From: an uncultured archaeon
GTDB taxonomy: Archaea > Iainarchaeota > Iainarchaeia > Iainarchaeales > JAAZKV01
Direction of reading: 5' to 3'
Assembly (NCBI GenBank): GCA_964534045.1
Contig: CAZHNO010000001.1
Span: 224,621-288,620, forward strand
DNA length: 64,000 nucleotides
Part shown: piece after piece, positions 8,286-17,962 of the stretch
Position numbering within the stretch: position 1 is the stretch's first letter
Layout: each line of letters begins with the position of its first letter
Position numbers and translations under genes: made by a program
The notes under the pieces: model-generated
What the model was told of the DNA's origin: nothing
The model's database searches: none
The model's input: the letters and a program-made list of their open reading frames with translations, nothing else

Positions 8286-8380
8286 TTTTGCTCAACCCAA
8301 CTAATAAAACTAGCTATTAAGTGTTTAAAAATATTTCATATTAAAACAAAAGACTATTTGATTTCATAAAAAAGCTATTT

Positions 8381-11300
8381 TTATTTTATGCACTCATTTG
8401 ATGCTTTTTTAATTGAGTTAGCGATGGTTTTTCCTTCAGAATTCTCTTTTTCGTATAAATATTCCTCTGACCACCAATAAATTTCTCTATTGCCTAATTT
8501 AGATACACAAACGCTCTCATTAGAAACAGCATTCATTAAGCTTGTTATGCCATCAATTTGGTTTGTTATTGCTGCATCATTATATAACATTCCTTTTATT
8601 CCTTCCAATGGAATCAAACCTGATTCTTCAATTGAATTTGTTGTTTCAATTATCATTCCTTGTGGAAAAGCCAAACCATAAAATGCATCTGCTGGAGAAT
8701 AAGCCATTGTTTTTGTAAATACTTTTCCTGAATTTTCAGCAGGCAAGAAACCAAAACCATATTTATCTCCTATTCTAAAATCCGGTGTTTCGTTTATATA
8801 AGAAAGCATATTCGTTCCAAAAAAGTCTTTGCAATTTGGCATAGCTGTTAATAAAAATAAATTGTTTGTTGTTGCTTTCAAATCAGTTTTTTCTTTTTTT
8901 AGCCAATAATTCATTATTGATTCTTGCCCTTGATTTGCATTTAATTCAAATAATAATGGTGTTGCTATTGTTGGTGAAAAAATTGTTTTGCTCATTGAGT
9001 AATCCAACAAAACTGCTCTTTTTGAAGCAAAAGAATTTAAGTTCAAAATATTTGACTCTTTCTTTACATTTATTTTTGAAAAAGCATCCTTTTGATTATT
9101 TCCAAGAATCATTCCTTCAGCAATTTTTAATTCTGAACCACTATTCAATGCAGTGCCATAATATCTTCTATCATTTGCTGCATTCAAGCCAACTTTTCCA
9201 TCAAATGGAGTGTAATAAAAAGGACTATAATTTTCTTTTATTGGTTCTTTTAAATACAAATCAATAATAATATTTGAATTTGCTACCCCATTTTCTATTA
9301 TTGGAAATTCAGTAAAATCCGCAATTATTTTTACTGAATATAATCCAGCATCAGGAATAACAAAATCATATTCTGGTTTAAAATCAGTTGTTTCATTAGT
9401 GAAATAAAATTTCTTTGGTTGTTTAAAATAAATATACCATCCTTTTAGTGGGTCAGTAAAATTAGGGCTTGAATCAAGGAAAACTCGTGTATAATAATTT
9501 GTAAAATCACTTTGAAATTCTAAACCATAACCATCCCTTATCAATTGAACATCAAACTTTAATAAGTCAAGCATCTGTTCTGCACTACTTATCAATGGTT
9601 CATCAAAAAAGGAATCATAATATTCAGGCACAATTGCTTCTTGTGAAGAGTGATAATAAATCGCTGGTTTTCCATCATAATAGCGAGTTGTTAAAGGTAA
9701 GAAACATGAAGCTTCTTGTTGTAAAGCAAACTCTGTAGGAGTCATTCTTGTTAGTGCAAGCATTGCATAATTTTGTGGACAATTAGTTGCTGCTGAACTA
9801 ACAAACTCATTTAAAACGCCTAATTTTTTGGTTAATAAAATTGAGAATTGTGTTGCATCCAAATAATTTTCTTTTGCTGTTTCTGAATTAATTGCATCCC
9901 ACTTCCAATCCAAAATTATTTTTGGCAAAGCTTCTTTTCCAGTATCTCCAATCAAAGAAGCTTTTTCACAAGTAGCATTTGATTCACTTGAATAATCTTT
10001 TCTTGGTTTGACATTTACTTTAAAGTGATATTTTTGTTCAATTAATTCAACACTATCATCAGGAATATTAAAAGGACCAAATTCACCAGTAACATTCATT
10101 GTTGGAGAATGAATGTGCTTTTCTGCATTCAATGAAACTGTAGCATAAGTATTTTCTTTTATTCCAGCATTAGAAAATATTACTCCAACTTCTTGTTTAT
10201 CAAAAACTCCAAAAACTTGTGGATCAGTGAAAGACCAATAAGCTAAAACATTTGGATTTGATACAACAACTTTTTTTGCATCTTGTAACAAATTAATTTT
10301 ATAATCAACTAATTTTAATTTTACTCTGTTATCACAATCTTCTAATAAATTTGCTTCACTAAAAAATAAATTATTTTTTTTATTTTTGTTTTCTTCAAGG
10401 TTACCAAATACAGAAACATATAATCCTTGCATAGTGTTTTCTGTAGTATAAACTCCCCCATCATATGCTCCATTCACAAAACCATTACTAATTAATGTTC
10501 CAATCATTCCAACTAATTTTTCTTTATCATATTCTCCAAAATCTGCTGGAATGTTTAAAGAATCTAGATAAGTTGAAGCATCACTAGAAAGTTTCTCTAA
10601 CTCCGACAAATGTTTTGCAGCTTCAATTGCAGCATCCAAACTAGTATTAAAATTTGCTAATCCTAGTTGTAATTCATACAACACATCTGTCATTTCTGTA
10701 AACTTTGTCATAGCATTTATCAAATCACTCAAATAATTTGCATTCAATGCTTTGTATAATTCCCAGGCTTGATAAATATTATTTAGTGTTGATAATAGAT
10801 TAGCTATTTTTGCTATATTTGCTACTGTATTACTTTGGGCTGAAGCTATTGCAGTAATCGCAAATTCAGAAGATGCAATGAACATTGGACACATACAACC
10901 AGCATTACAATATGTACCATTACAACACGAAGCAAAATAAGACATTGCTGTTGCTTTTGCCAAAACCATTTCTGTTTGTGCTTCTGTTAAACTTGTTTGT
11001 ATTATTGTGGCTTTTGTTTCTAACACTCCTATTTGTGTTAATATTTGTTGCATTAGTTGTGCTATTGCAATTATTAATTCTTCTTCAGATGCTTCGGAAT
11101 CATCTTGCAAAGTAGTTAAATCATCTAAAGTTTCTAAATGTTTTTTTAGAGAATTATCTAAAACCATTTGTGCATTATCTGCATCACTTTTTGCTAAAAG
11201 CAAGTATTCATAAGCTTCAAAATCTTCTTTACTAGATGTTGACAAATCATTTATTGCAGCTGATTCAAGAGCTAAATCCAAATAATCAGATAAAGAAGTT

Positions 11301-13390
11301 AAATTATCTTTTAGCTCAATTAACATTTCATTTGTTTCCTCAGCATTTTCTCTAGCGGATTCTACATCAATTGAACTATTTTTTGCAGTAAGTGCTTCTA
11401 ATTGTTGATACAAACTATACAACTGACTAGCAGTGGCAACAAGTTGAGTAACATCAGCAGCATAAGTTTTTGTTGTTCCATTTGCAACCAACATTGATTT
11501 TAGTGATAATGATGAACTTCCCATTGCCGGAGCACATGATGCTGACAAATTAGTAGCACTTGTTACTGCAGCAGTTGCGGTATCAACATTAGTTGATAGT
11601 ATTATTGCATCTGCAGATAGTGCAGAAATGCTAGTAACCAAACTTAGTATTTGACTTGCTAATTGAGTTTTTTGTGAAGTATCCAAATCACCAAGTGAAT
11701 CTTCAACTTCTTTTAATGATTCTATCGCGTCATTTAATTCATCTAATGTTTCATTAATATAACCATCAAATTCTTTTCCTTCTAAATAAGCTCTTTTTAT
11801 TTTTTCATTTTCTTGTATTGATGTTGAATATGCTGTGCTTCTAACTGAATCAATATAAGGAATGGTTTTGAAAAACATTGATTGGTATAAACCATTTCCT
11901 GCATATCTTTCTGGATTGTTGTATAAATCATTAGTCCAGTTTTTTGAATTAGTGAACGTTCCTGTTAGTGGTAAACCTGAACCAATTTCTGCGCCTAGTG
12001 AACTTTCATACAAATTACAAATACTTGAATCAATTTCTATTTCTTCAGATAATTCATTATTCATTACTCTAATAGAATCTCTTGAACCCCTTTCAAATAA
12101 AGAAATTGAAAATTTATCAGGAACTAATAATTCATTTGTTGGTTTTACAAAAATTTCTTTTTCCCCAACAAAAGTCTTGTTTATTCCTGGCAAAGAAGCA
12201 TGCACTGTTAAACCATAAATTCCAGCCAAATCAACTCTGTTAATAGTAATTGTTTTTGTTGGAGAAGATTTTGTTAAAGTAAAAGCTGATGTGTTTAGTT
12301 CAATTATTCCTTCTTCTGCTCCTCCGGAACAACCAGCATCATTGTTACACAAAAAAATATTTATTTTTTCTGAATGACATTTACTTGAATTAATTGTTAT
12401 TGTTGCAGAATCATTTTCATTTTCTATTATTGCATCAACAACATCAATTTTTATACATTGTTCTAAATTTTCATTTGCTACTTCAAAATTTATTTTTTGC
12501 TCAGAATTGTCAATTTTTAATATAACAGAAAACTTTCCTTTTTCACCTTTTTTATTTGCTAAAGGAACATAATAAATTATTGCTTCATAATCACCAATAT
12601 TTGGGGCTGAATAAACTGATAATTCATCAGGAGTTAACAAAGAACCTTTTCCATTAGAAAAAATTATTTCTACATTTCCAATTCTTTCACTACCCCATTG
12701 AACACTTGCTTTCAAATCAGAGTAAGTTTCACAAGCAACCCTTAATTTTATTGGAGCTTCTAATAAGCCAGCATGAGTAGAATCAGAAAAAAATCCTTTA
12801 TTTACTAACAAACAACCCGTGCCAATAAATTCTTCAAAAAATATTTGATAAGGAATTTGTATTGTCATTACTTCAGAACCATCTTCTGATTCAAGAGTAA
12901 TAACAAAATTAAATTCAAAAAAATTCCCATCAACTAACTCTGAGTCAATTCCCAAATCAGCAAAATCAACTGTAAAAGTTACTGAACCATCTTCATTAAT
13001 TATAATAAATTCTGATGAAATGTTTGCAACAATTACCCCCTCACTGTTTGTTATCACCACATTAGTTGGTTTTAATTGTACTCCACCAGCATCCATTCTA
13101 AGCGTAATATTTCTAGAACTATCTTGTCCAGCATTAGTTATTATTGGCCTTCCAGGATTAGAAAAAGTATCAACTAATTCTCCATTAATTGTTAAGCTTC
13201 CTGTAAAAGCAATATCATTTTGATCTGGACTAGTTATTTTTATTCTATTAGTGCCTTGTGAAGGAAAAGCCAATAAGGCAATTAATAAAATAACTATTAT
13301 TGCAACAACTATTCCAATAATTATTCTCTTATCTGGTAAAGGACTTCCTGCTTTAGGTTCCTCTCTGTTATAATAACTTTCAACCTGCAT
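8381..13390 (-). CDS. giant membrane-anchored surface protein (1669 aa)
   Basis: N-terminal signal-anchor helix (IIIGIVVAIIVILLIALLAF). The first ~550 aa are beta-rich Ser/Thr/Asn-rich extracellular sequence. Residues ~560-900 are S/T/A/L-rich alpha-helical low complexity containing a Cys cluster CCNGTYCNAGCMCP. The remainder is a large C-terminal domain. No catalytic motif recognised. Confidence 0.6.
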   Translation of the reverse strand: MQVESYYNREEPKAGSPLPDKRIIIGIVVAIIVILLIALLAFPSQGTNRIKITSPDQNDIAFTGSLTINGELVDTFSNPGRPIITNAGQDSSRNITLRMDAGGVQLKPTNVVITNSEGVIVANISSEFIIINEDGSVTFTVDFADLGIDSELVDGNFFEFNFVITLESEDGSEVMTIQIPYQIFFEEFIGTGCLLVNKGFFSDSTHAGLLEAPIKLRVACETYSDLKASVQWGSERIGNVEIIFSNGKGSLLTPDELSVYSAPNIGDYEAIIYYVPLANKKGEKGKFSVILKIDNSEQKINFEVANENLEQCIKIDVVDAIIENENDSATITINSSKCHSEKINIFLCNNDAGCSGGAEEGIIELNTSAFTLTKSSPTKTITINRVDLAGIYGLTVHASLPGINKTFVGEKEIFVKPTNELLVPDKFSISLFERGSRDSIRVMNNELSEEIEIDSSICNLYESSLGAEIGSGLPLTGTFTNSKNWTNDLYNNPERYAGNGLYQSMFFKTIPYIDSVRSTAYSTSIQENEKIKRAYLEGKEFDGYINETLDELNDAIESLKEVEDSLGDLDTSQKTQLASQILSLVTSISALSADAIILSTNVDTATAAVTSATNLSASCAPAMGSSSLSLKSMLVANGTTKTYAADVTQLVATASQLYSLYQQLEALTAKNSSIDVESARENAEETNEMLIELKDNLTSLSDYLDLALESAAINDLSTSSKEDFEAYEYLLLAKSDADNAQMVLDNSLKKHLETLDDLTTLQDDSEASEEELIIAIAQLMQQILTQIGVLETKATIIQTSLTEAQTEMVLAKATAMSYFASCCNGTYCNAGCMCPMFIASSEFAITAIASAQSNTVANIAKIANLLSTLNNIYQAWELYKALNANYLSDLINAMTKFTEMTDVLYELQLGLANFNTSLDAAIEAAKHLSELEKLSSDASTYLDSLNIPADFGEYDKEKLVGMIGTLISNGFVNGAYDGGVYTTENTMQGLYVSVFGNLEENKNKKNNLFFSEANLLEDCDNRVKLKLVDYKINLLQDAKKVVVSNPNVLAYWSFTDPQVFGVFDKQEVGVIFSNAGIKENTYATVSLNAEKHIHSPTMNVTGEFGPFNIPDDSVELIEQKYHFKVNVKPRKDYSSESNATCEKASLIGDTGKEALPKIILDWKWDAINSETAKENYLDATQFSILLTKKLGVLNEFVSSAATNCPQNYAMLALTRMTPTEFALQQEASCFLPLTTRYYDGKPAIYYHSSQEAIVPEYYDSFFDEPLISSAEQMLDLLKFDVQLIRDGYGLEFQSDFTNYYTRVFLDSSPNFTDPLKGWYIYFKQPKKFYFTNETTDFKPEYDFVIPDAGLYSVKIIADFTEFPIIENGVANSNIIIDLYLKEPIKENYSPFYYTPFDGKVGLNAANDRRYYGTALNSGSELKIAEGMILGNNQKDAFSKINVKKESNILNLNSFASKRAVLLDYSMSKTIFSPTIATPLLFELNANQGQESIMNYWLKKEKTDLKATTNNLFLLTAMPNCKDFFGTNMLSYINETPDFRIGDKYGFGFLPAENSGKVFTKTMAYSPADAFYGLAFPQGMIIETTNSIEESGLIPLEGIKGMLYNDAAITNQIDGITSLMNAVSNESVCVSKLGNREIYWWSEEYLYEKENSEGKTIANSIKKASNECIK

Positions 13391-13463
13391 TTTGCTCTTT
13401 CATAAATAGTGAATTGTTATTTATAATACTTTTATATACTAAAAAATATCCATCAAATTAGCT

Positions 13464-14429
13464 TTAATCTCTATCAATAATTTTTGTTTTGTATTCTGAT
13501 TTTTTATTCTTCAACAAAACAATTCTTGAATTTTCTTTCTCACTCTCAAATTTATAAGAAGGCATTTTTTCTAACAATTTCTTTGAAAAATCTTGAACTT
13601 CAAAATGCGTAGGCATATTTTCTTTTTTCAATCTTTTACGCGAAAGACCAAGCCACATATAACTTTTGATTTCAACAAAATCTGCTTCTACTACTTCTAA
13701 AAGCTCAGCAAACTCTTCCAAATCTTTTTCTGAATCATTCATTCCTTTTATCAAAGTCAAACGAATTACTATTCGTGTTGGGAGTAACTTCAATAATGCA
13801 AGTGTCTTCAAATAATTCTTCCAACCATTTTTTTCTGTATTGCAAGAAATTTTTCTATAAATTTTTTCGTTTGGTGCTTGCATTGAAACGTATAATTGAG
13901 TTGGTAATGCATTTTCTTTCCATAATTTAATTAAAGCATTAGGGTTTTGTCCATTTGTTACTAAGAAAACTGTTTCTGTTGCAGGGCGAGCTTTCAATAA
14001 TTTAATTAATTTTGATAAGTGTTTGTAAAGGGTTGGTTCTCCACTCAATGAAATTGCCCAGTGTTTTTGTTGCATTGATTTATCAACAACTTCTTTATCA
14101 AGCGAACCATAAAAACCTTGTAATAATTTTTTTCTCTCTTTAACTAAATTTTCAATCATTTTTTCAGGGTTAACTTCTTTTCTTTTTTGCAACGACATAT
14201 ATTCTTTTGGACGCCAACAAAAAATACAAGCATTATTACACCAAAAAGTTGTGGGAGCAATTTGATGACAAGAAAGAGTGTCAGCTCCATAAAAGTCTTG
14301 TTTGTAACATTTTTCTTTTCCATTAGTGCGAAGAGCTTTCTTATTCCACTCACAAATCTGAATACTTGAATGTTCAAAAAAACCATATTGCTTTTTTTTG
14401 AAATCATTTATTAAAGAATCCAATTTCAT
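13464..14429 (-). CDS. taw1: tRNA 4-demethylwyosine synthase Taw1 (TYW1, radical SAM)
   Basis: QICEWNKKAL..CYKQDFYG..CHQIAPTTFWCNNACIFCWRP..AISLSGEPTLY..LVTNG..PTQLYVSMQAP..IKGMND..FVEIKSYMWLG aligns along the full length with archaeal Taw1 (e.g. MJ0257). Confidence 0.75.
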   Translation of the reverse strand: MKLDSLINDFKKKQYGFFEHSSIQICEWNKKALRTNGKEKCYKQDFYGADTLSCHQIAPTTFWCNNACIFCWRPKEYMSLQKRKEVNPEKMIENLVKERKKLLQGFYGSLDKEVVDKSMQQKHWAISLSGEPTLYKHLSKLIKLLKARPATETVFLVTNGQNPNALIKLWKENALPTQLYVSMQAPNEKIYRKISCNTEKNGWKNYLKTLALLKLLPTRIVIRLTLIKGMNDSEKDLEEFAELLEVVEADFVEIKSYMWLGLSRKRLKKENMPTHFEVQDFSKKLLEKMPSYKFESEKENSRIVLLKNKKSEYKTKIIDRD

Positions 14430-14481
14430 AAAAATTCAATAAAACAAAACTAATTTAAATAGAAAAAATCAAACATTAATA

Positions 14482-16029
14482 ATGAATAAAAAATTGAATA
14501 ATATTGCACAAGGAACAATTGAATATTTAGTAATTATTGCAATTATTATTGTCATTGGTTTACTTGTCGTTCAATTATCTTTGAGTTTATTTGATTCTGA
14601 AAGTGTTTCTAACACTAGTAATAAAATTGGTTCCAAAATTGGTTCTGGGAGCATTAGTATTTTAGAAGCAGTTGCTGATGATAATTCTTTAGTAATTGCT
14701 TTATCTTCAATAGGAACAGATGGAATAAATTTAACCAAAATTACTATTGATGGAGTAGAAAATTATTATGAAAATCAATACTTACTTAATGCTCGTAGTT
14801 TTATATTAACAGAATTATCAAACAATTGTGCCTGTTCTAGTATGCAGAGTTCTAGAACTTGTTCATTTCAATTCACTTACACTACAAGAAATGGTTTAAC
14901 AAAAACAACAGACCCAATAAACGTTACTATTAATTGTACAACAAACATAAATCAAGAAAATCCAAATTATACTCAACCAACAATACAAGATTGTTATGAT
15001 TTAACAGAAGATCCAATCCAAATTTGTACGCTTAGTGATTTGAATAAAATCAGAGATGATTTAAGTGCAAATTATCAACTAATGAACAATATTGATGCTT
15101 CATCTACAAACACTTGGAATAATGGAGAAGGTTGGGAACCAATCGGAGATGGAGATGAATATTTTACTGGAACATTTGATGGACAAAATTTTGAGATAAG
15201 TAATCTTTACATAAATCGAACAAATACTTATGTTGGCATGTTTGGTTGGACAAGTGGCCCAATTTCTAATGTTGGTTTAACTGATGTAAATATCACTGGA
15301 AGTAGTGGAATTGGCGGAATTTCTGGAAGAAATCATTCAACAATAAGTAATTCAAATGTTTCTGGAAATATTAATGGAAATAATAAAATTGGAGGCATTA
15401 GCGGTTTTAATTTTAGTACAATAACAACTTCACATTCAAGTGCAAACATTACTGGAACTTATGAAATTGGAGGAATATCTGGGTACATTGATGGAGGGAC
15501 AATTACTTTATCTTATTCAACAGGAAATATTACTGGAACTGGTGATAATATAGGTGGAATTTGTGGGCGTAATGAAACTGGTTCAATAACAAAATCATAT
15601 TCAACAGGGAATATCTTTGGAGAAGACAAAATTGGTGGTTTACTTGGTTATAATGATGGTGGAACAATAAGTAATTCTTATTCCACTGGAAATATAACTG
15701 CCAGTGGCAGTAGTGTTGGTGGGTTGATTGGCTCAACAACAGGTGGAACAATTAATTATTCTTATTCCATTGGAGAAGCAAGTGGAGTTAGTAATGTTGG
15801 CGGATTAGTTGGAAATAATATTTTAGGAACAGCAACAAATTCATATTGGAATGTTACAACATCAAACTTAGACACATCAGCACTCGGAGAAGGAAAAACA
15901 ACATCTGAGATGAAAACACAATCAACATTTACTAATGGAAGCTGGGATTTTGACACTATTTGGCAAATTCAAGAAGACACAACATATCCATATTTAATAG
16001 ATAATATTCAAAACCCATTACCCCAATAA
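14482..16029 (+). CDS. type IV pilin-like protein (class III signal peptide) with C-terminal GLUG-type repeats
   Basis: N-terminus MNKKLNNIAQGTIEYLVIIAIIIVIGLLVV. The C-terminal half is tandem ~22-aa repeats of the form IGGISG.N.STI.NS.S.GNITG / VGGLIG...GGTI.YSYS.G. Confidence 0.6.
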   Translation: MNKKLNNIAQGTIEYLVIIAIIIVIGLLVVQLSLSLFDSESVSNTSNKIGSKIGSGSISILEAVADDNSLVIALSSIGTDGINLTKITIDGVENYYENQYLLNARSFILTELSNNCACSSMQSSRTCSFQFTYTTRNGLTKTTDPINVTINCTTNINQENPNYTQPTIQDCYDLTEDPIQICTLSDLNKIRDDLSANYQLMNNIDASSTNTWNNGEGWEPIGDGDEYFTGTFDGQNFEISNLYINRTNTYVGMFGWTSGPISNVGLTDVNITGSSGIGGISGRNHSTISNSNVSGNINGNNKIGGISGFNFSTITTSHSSANITGTYEIGGISGYIDGGTITLSYSTGNITGTGDNIGGICGRNETGSITKSYSTGNIFGEDKIGGLLGYNDGGTISNSYSTGNITASGSSVGGLIGSTTGGTINYSYSIGEASGVSNVGGLVGNNILGTATNSYWNVTTSNLDTSALGEGKTTSEMKTQSTFTNGSWDFDTIWQIQEDTTYPYLIDNIQNPLPQ

Positions 16030-16092
16030 AAATTAAAACAAGTTTTATAAACAATTCAAACATAATTTTGTTAAAAAGATAAGGGTGATTCA

Positions 16093-16533
16093 ATGGAAGA
16101 ACAAATACAATTAATCGCAAATTATAAAGATTGGAAGGCAATCAAAAAAATAACTATAACAGAATTAACAGAGCCTTTAGTAATAGCAGAATTTTTGGCT
16201 AGCTTAACATATAGTGTGGATGGAAAAATAGAAGATAATTTGAGAAAAGTTATTGAATTAGATAAAGTGGATAAAGCAATTGCTGAGCTAAAATTAGATA
16301 AGGGCGATGTTGGAAAAGCAATTGAAGAAGTAAATTCAAGAACAGTTAGCAAAGTAATAAATGAAATCATCAAATTAGATAAATTTGCTGGACCAGTTCA
16401 AAAAGAGTTAATGCAAATGTGTAAAATTTACGCAACAAAAAAAGCAATTAACACATGTGGTTTGTTAGTTGAATATTATCAAGCAGATATCCCAACATTA
16501 AAAAGAGCAAAGAAAAATTCAGCAAAGGAATAA
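16093..16533 (+). CDS. hypothetical protein (146 aa)
   Basis: ATG ORF with upstream GGGTGA RBS; no recognised motif. Confidence 0.35.
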   Translation: MEEQIQLIANYKDWKAIKKITITELTEPLVIAEFLASLTYSVDGKIEDNLRKVIELDKVDKAIAELKLDKGDVGKAIEEVNSRTVSKVINEIIKLDKFAGPVQKELMQMCKIYATKKAINTCGLLVEYYQADIPTLKRAKKNSAKE

Positions 16534-16593
16534 TTTGCGAAACCTAAACCAGTATAAAATAAAATAATTTTTAGAAAATTAAAAAGTGTTTAA

Positions 16594-17442
16594 ATGATTG
16601 GAGAATTATTTGTTGGAGAATTACTTGTCAATCAATTTTTACAAACATTTATGCCAACTTTTAACTTATTTTTTCAAACAATAACTTTTTTTGGACACCC
16701 TGCTTTATGGCTTTTAATTGCAGCATGGTTATTTTGGTTAGGCAAAGAAAAAAAAAGTTTTACTCTGGTATCAATTGTATTATTTTCTTCTCTTATTTCA
16801 GGAGCATTAAAATTTATTATTGCTAGACCTCGTCCAGAAGGATTAATTGTTTTAGAAAAAACACCCACACAATTATCAATGCCATCAGGACACTCTGTTT
16901 TAGCTGGAACAATTTATTCTTTTTTTGAAAAAAAGGTTTATCCAAAAGAAAGAATTTTACTTTTTATTTTAATGATGCTCACTGCAATTTCTAGATTGTA
17001 TTTAGGAGTGCATTACATTAGTGATGTTTTTGCAGGATTGCTGATTGGTTATTTTATTGGAAAACTAATGCTTGTGCTTGAAAAGAAAATCAAAAAATCT
17101 TCTTTAAAAATAACAAAATTCAAAGAAGAAAAAGAATTATTTATTTTATTTATAGTTTCTATCGCATCACTTGTTTTGTTACCAGAGACATTTGCTCTTG
17201 GCTACTCTGTTTTAGGATACTACTTTGGTTTTGTGATTTATAGACACAACAAAATGAAAATAAAAAATTCTTGCAACCAATTAATACTTGGAACTTTAAT
17301 ACTAGCAATACTTGCATACTTTGCTTTTACTTTGGAAGGATATTATAGCTTTATTTTATTCTTCGTTGCTGGAATGTTTATTACAATAATCTGGCCTACT
17401 GCCTTTAATAAAGGCTGGCGAAAAGAATTTGACATTTGCTAG
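16594..17442 (+). CDS. PAP2-family membrane phosphatase (phosphatidic acid/undecaprenyl-diphosphate phosphatase-like)
   Basis: PAP2 motifs KFIIARPRP, PSGHS, SRLYLGVHYISD in a polytopic membrane protein. Confidence 0.65.
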   Translation: MIGELFVGELLVNQFLQTFMPTFNLFFQTITFFGHPALWLLIAAWLFWLGKEKKSFTLVSIVLFSSLISGALKFIIARPRPEGLIVLEKTPTQLSMPSGHSVLAGTIYSFFEKKVYPKERILLFILMMLTAISRLYLGVHYISDVFAGLLIGYFIGKLMLVLEKKIKKSSLKITKFKEEKELFILFIVSIASLVLLPETFALGYSVLGYYFGFVIYRHNKMKIKNSCNQLILGTLILAILAYFAFTLEGYYSFILFFVAGMFITIIWPTAFNKGWRKEFDIC

Positions 17443-17449
17443 TGCAAAT

Positions 17450-17561
17450 GCCAGAAAACAAAAAACTAAACTTTAAAAACACCCCCACGGCTTTGCTAAA
17501 GCCGGCAAAAGAATTTGGCTATTTTCAATAGCCAGAAAACAAAAAAACTAAACTTTAAAAA
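17450..17561 (+). repeat. ~1.5-copy tandem duplication (two 30-nt direct repeats GCCAGAAAACAAAAAA(A)CTAAACTTTAAAAA) bracketing copy B of the two-hairpin RNA element
   Basis: The sequences at 17450..17479 and 17531..17561 are near-identical. The intervening 17480..17530 carries CGGCT-TTGCTAA-AGCCG and TGGCTATT-TTC-AATAGCCA hairpins homologous to 1116..1172. Confidence 0.5.
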
Positions 17562-17940
17562 TACTCTCACTTCCATTTCTTAGTAGGATGAAATCCGAAA
17601 GGAAAAAGTCCGTGTTCCGAACGAAAGTGAGGAAGAGGGATTGCAAAAAGCAATCGCTCCCAGATGTGAACTGGCTGGGCAGTTCCCCCCTTAGTTTAGT
17701 AGCTAGAACGCTTGGCTGTAGTTCCTGCTTTTCTTTAGGAAAGAAAAGCTAGGTTACCAAAAGAAAATTTGGTGATTTAAAGATTTTAGAGCAATCTGAT
17801 ACAAGCATTCGGTTCAAACTGGTAAAAAAAGGAATTCTCTAAAGTGCTAGTGTAAATAGCACAAAGCGTGTTCCGGACCAGCCGATCGGAAGCGGCTACC
17901 GAGAGATCCCCGGTGCAACTCTGGGAGGGGGGATTTTTTT
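17562..17940 (+). ncRNA. structured non-coding RNA: candidate RNase P RNA (SRP RNA not excluded)
   Basis: No ORF. GGAAAAAGTCCG resembles the RNase P CR-I/P4 5' strand GGAAAGUCCGG. ACAAAGCGTGTTCCGGACC near the 3' end resembles CR-V ACARAA..CCGG with a complementary CGGAC. Possible P1 pairing TCTC/GAGA. Multiple hairpins. Ends in a T8 tract (17933..17940). An RNase P protein Rpp29 gene is present at 58960. Confidence 0.4.
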
Positions 17941-17962
17941 AAACAAAAAAATCTAAAAGAAC

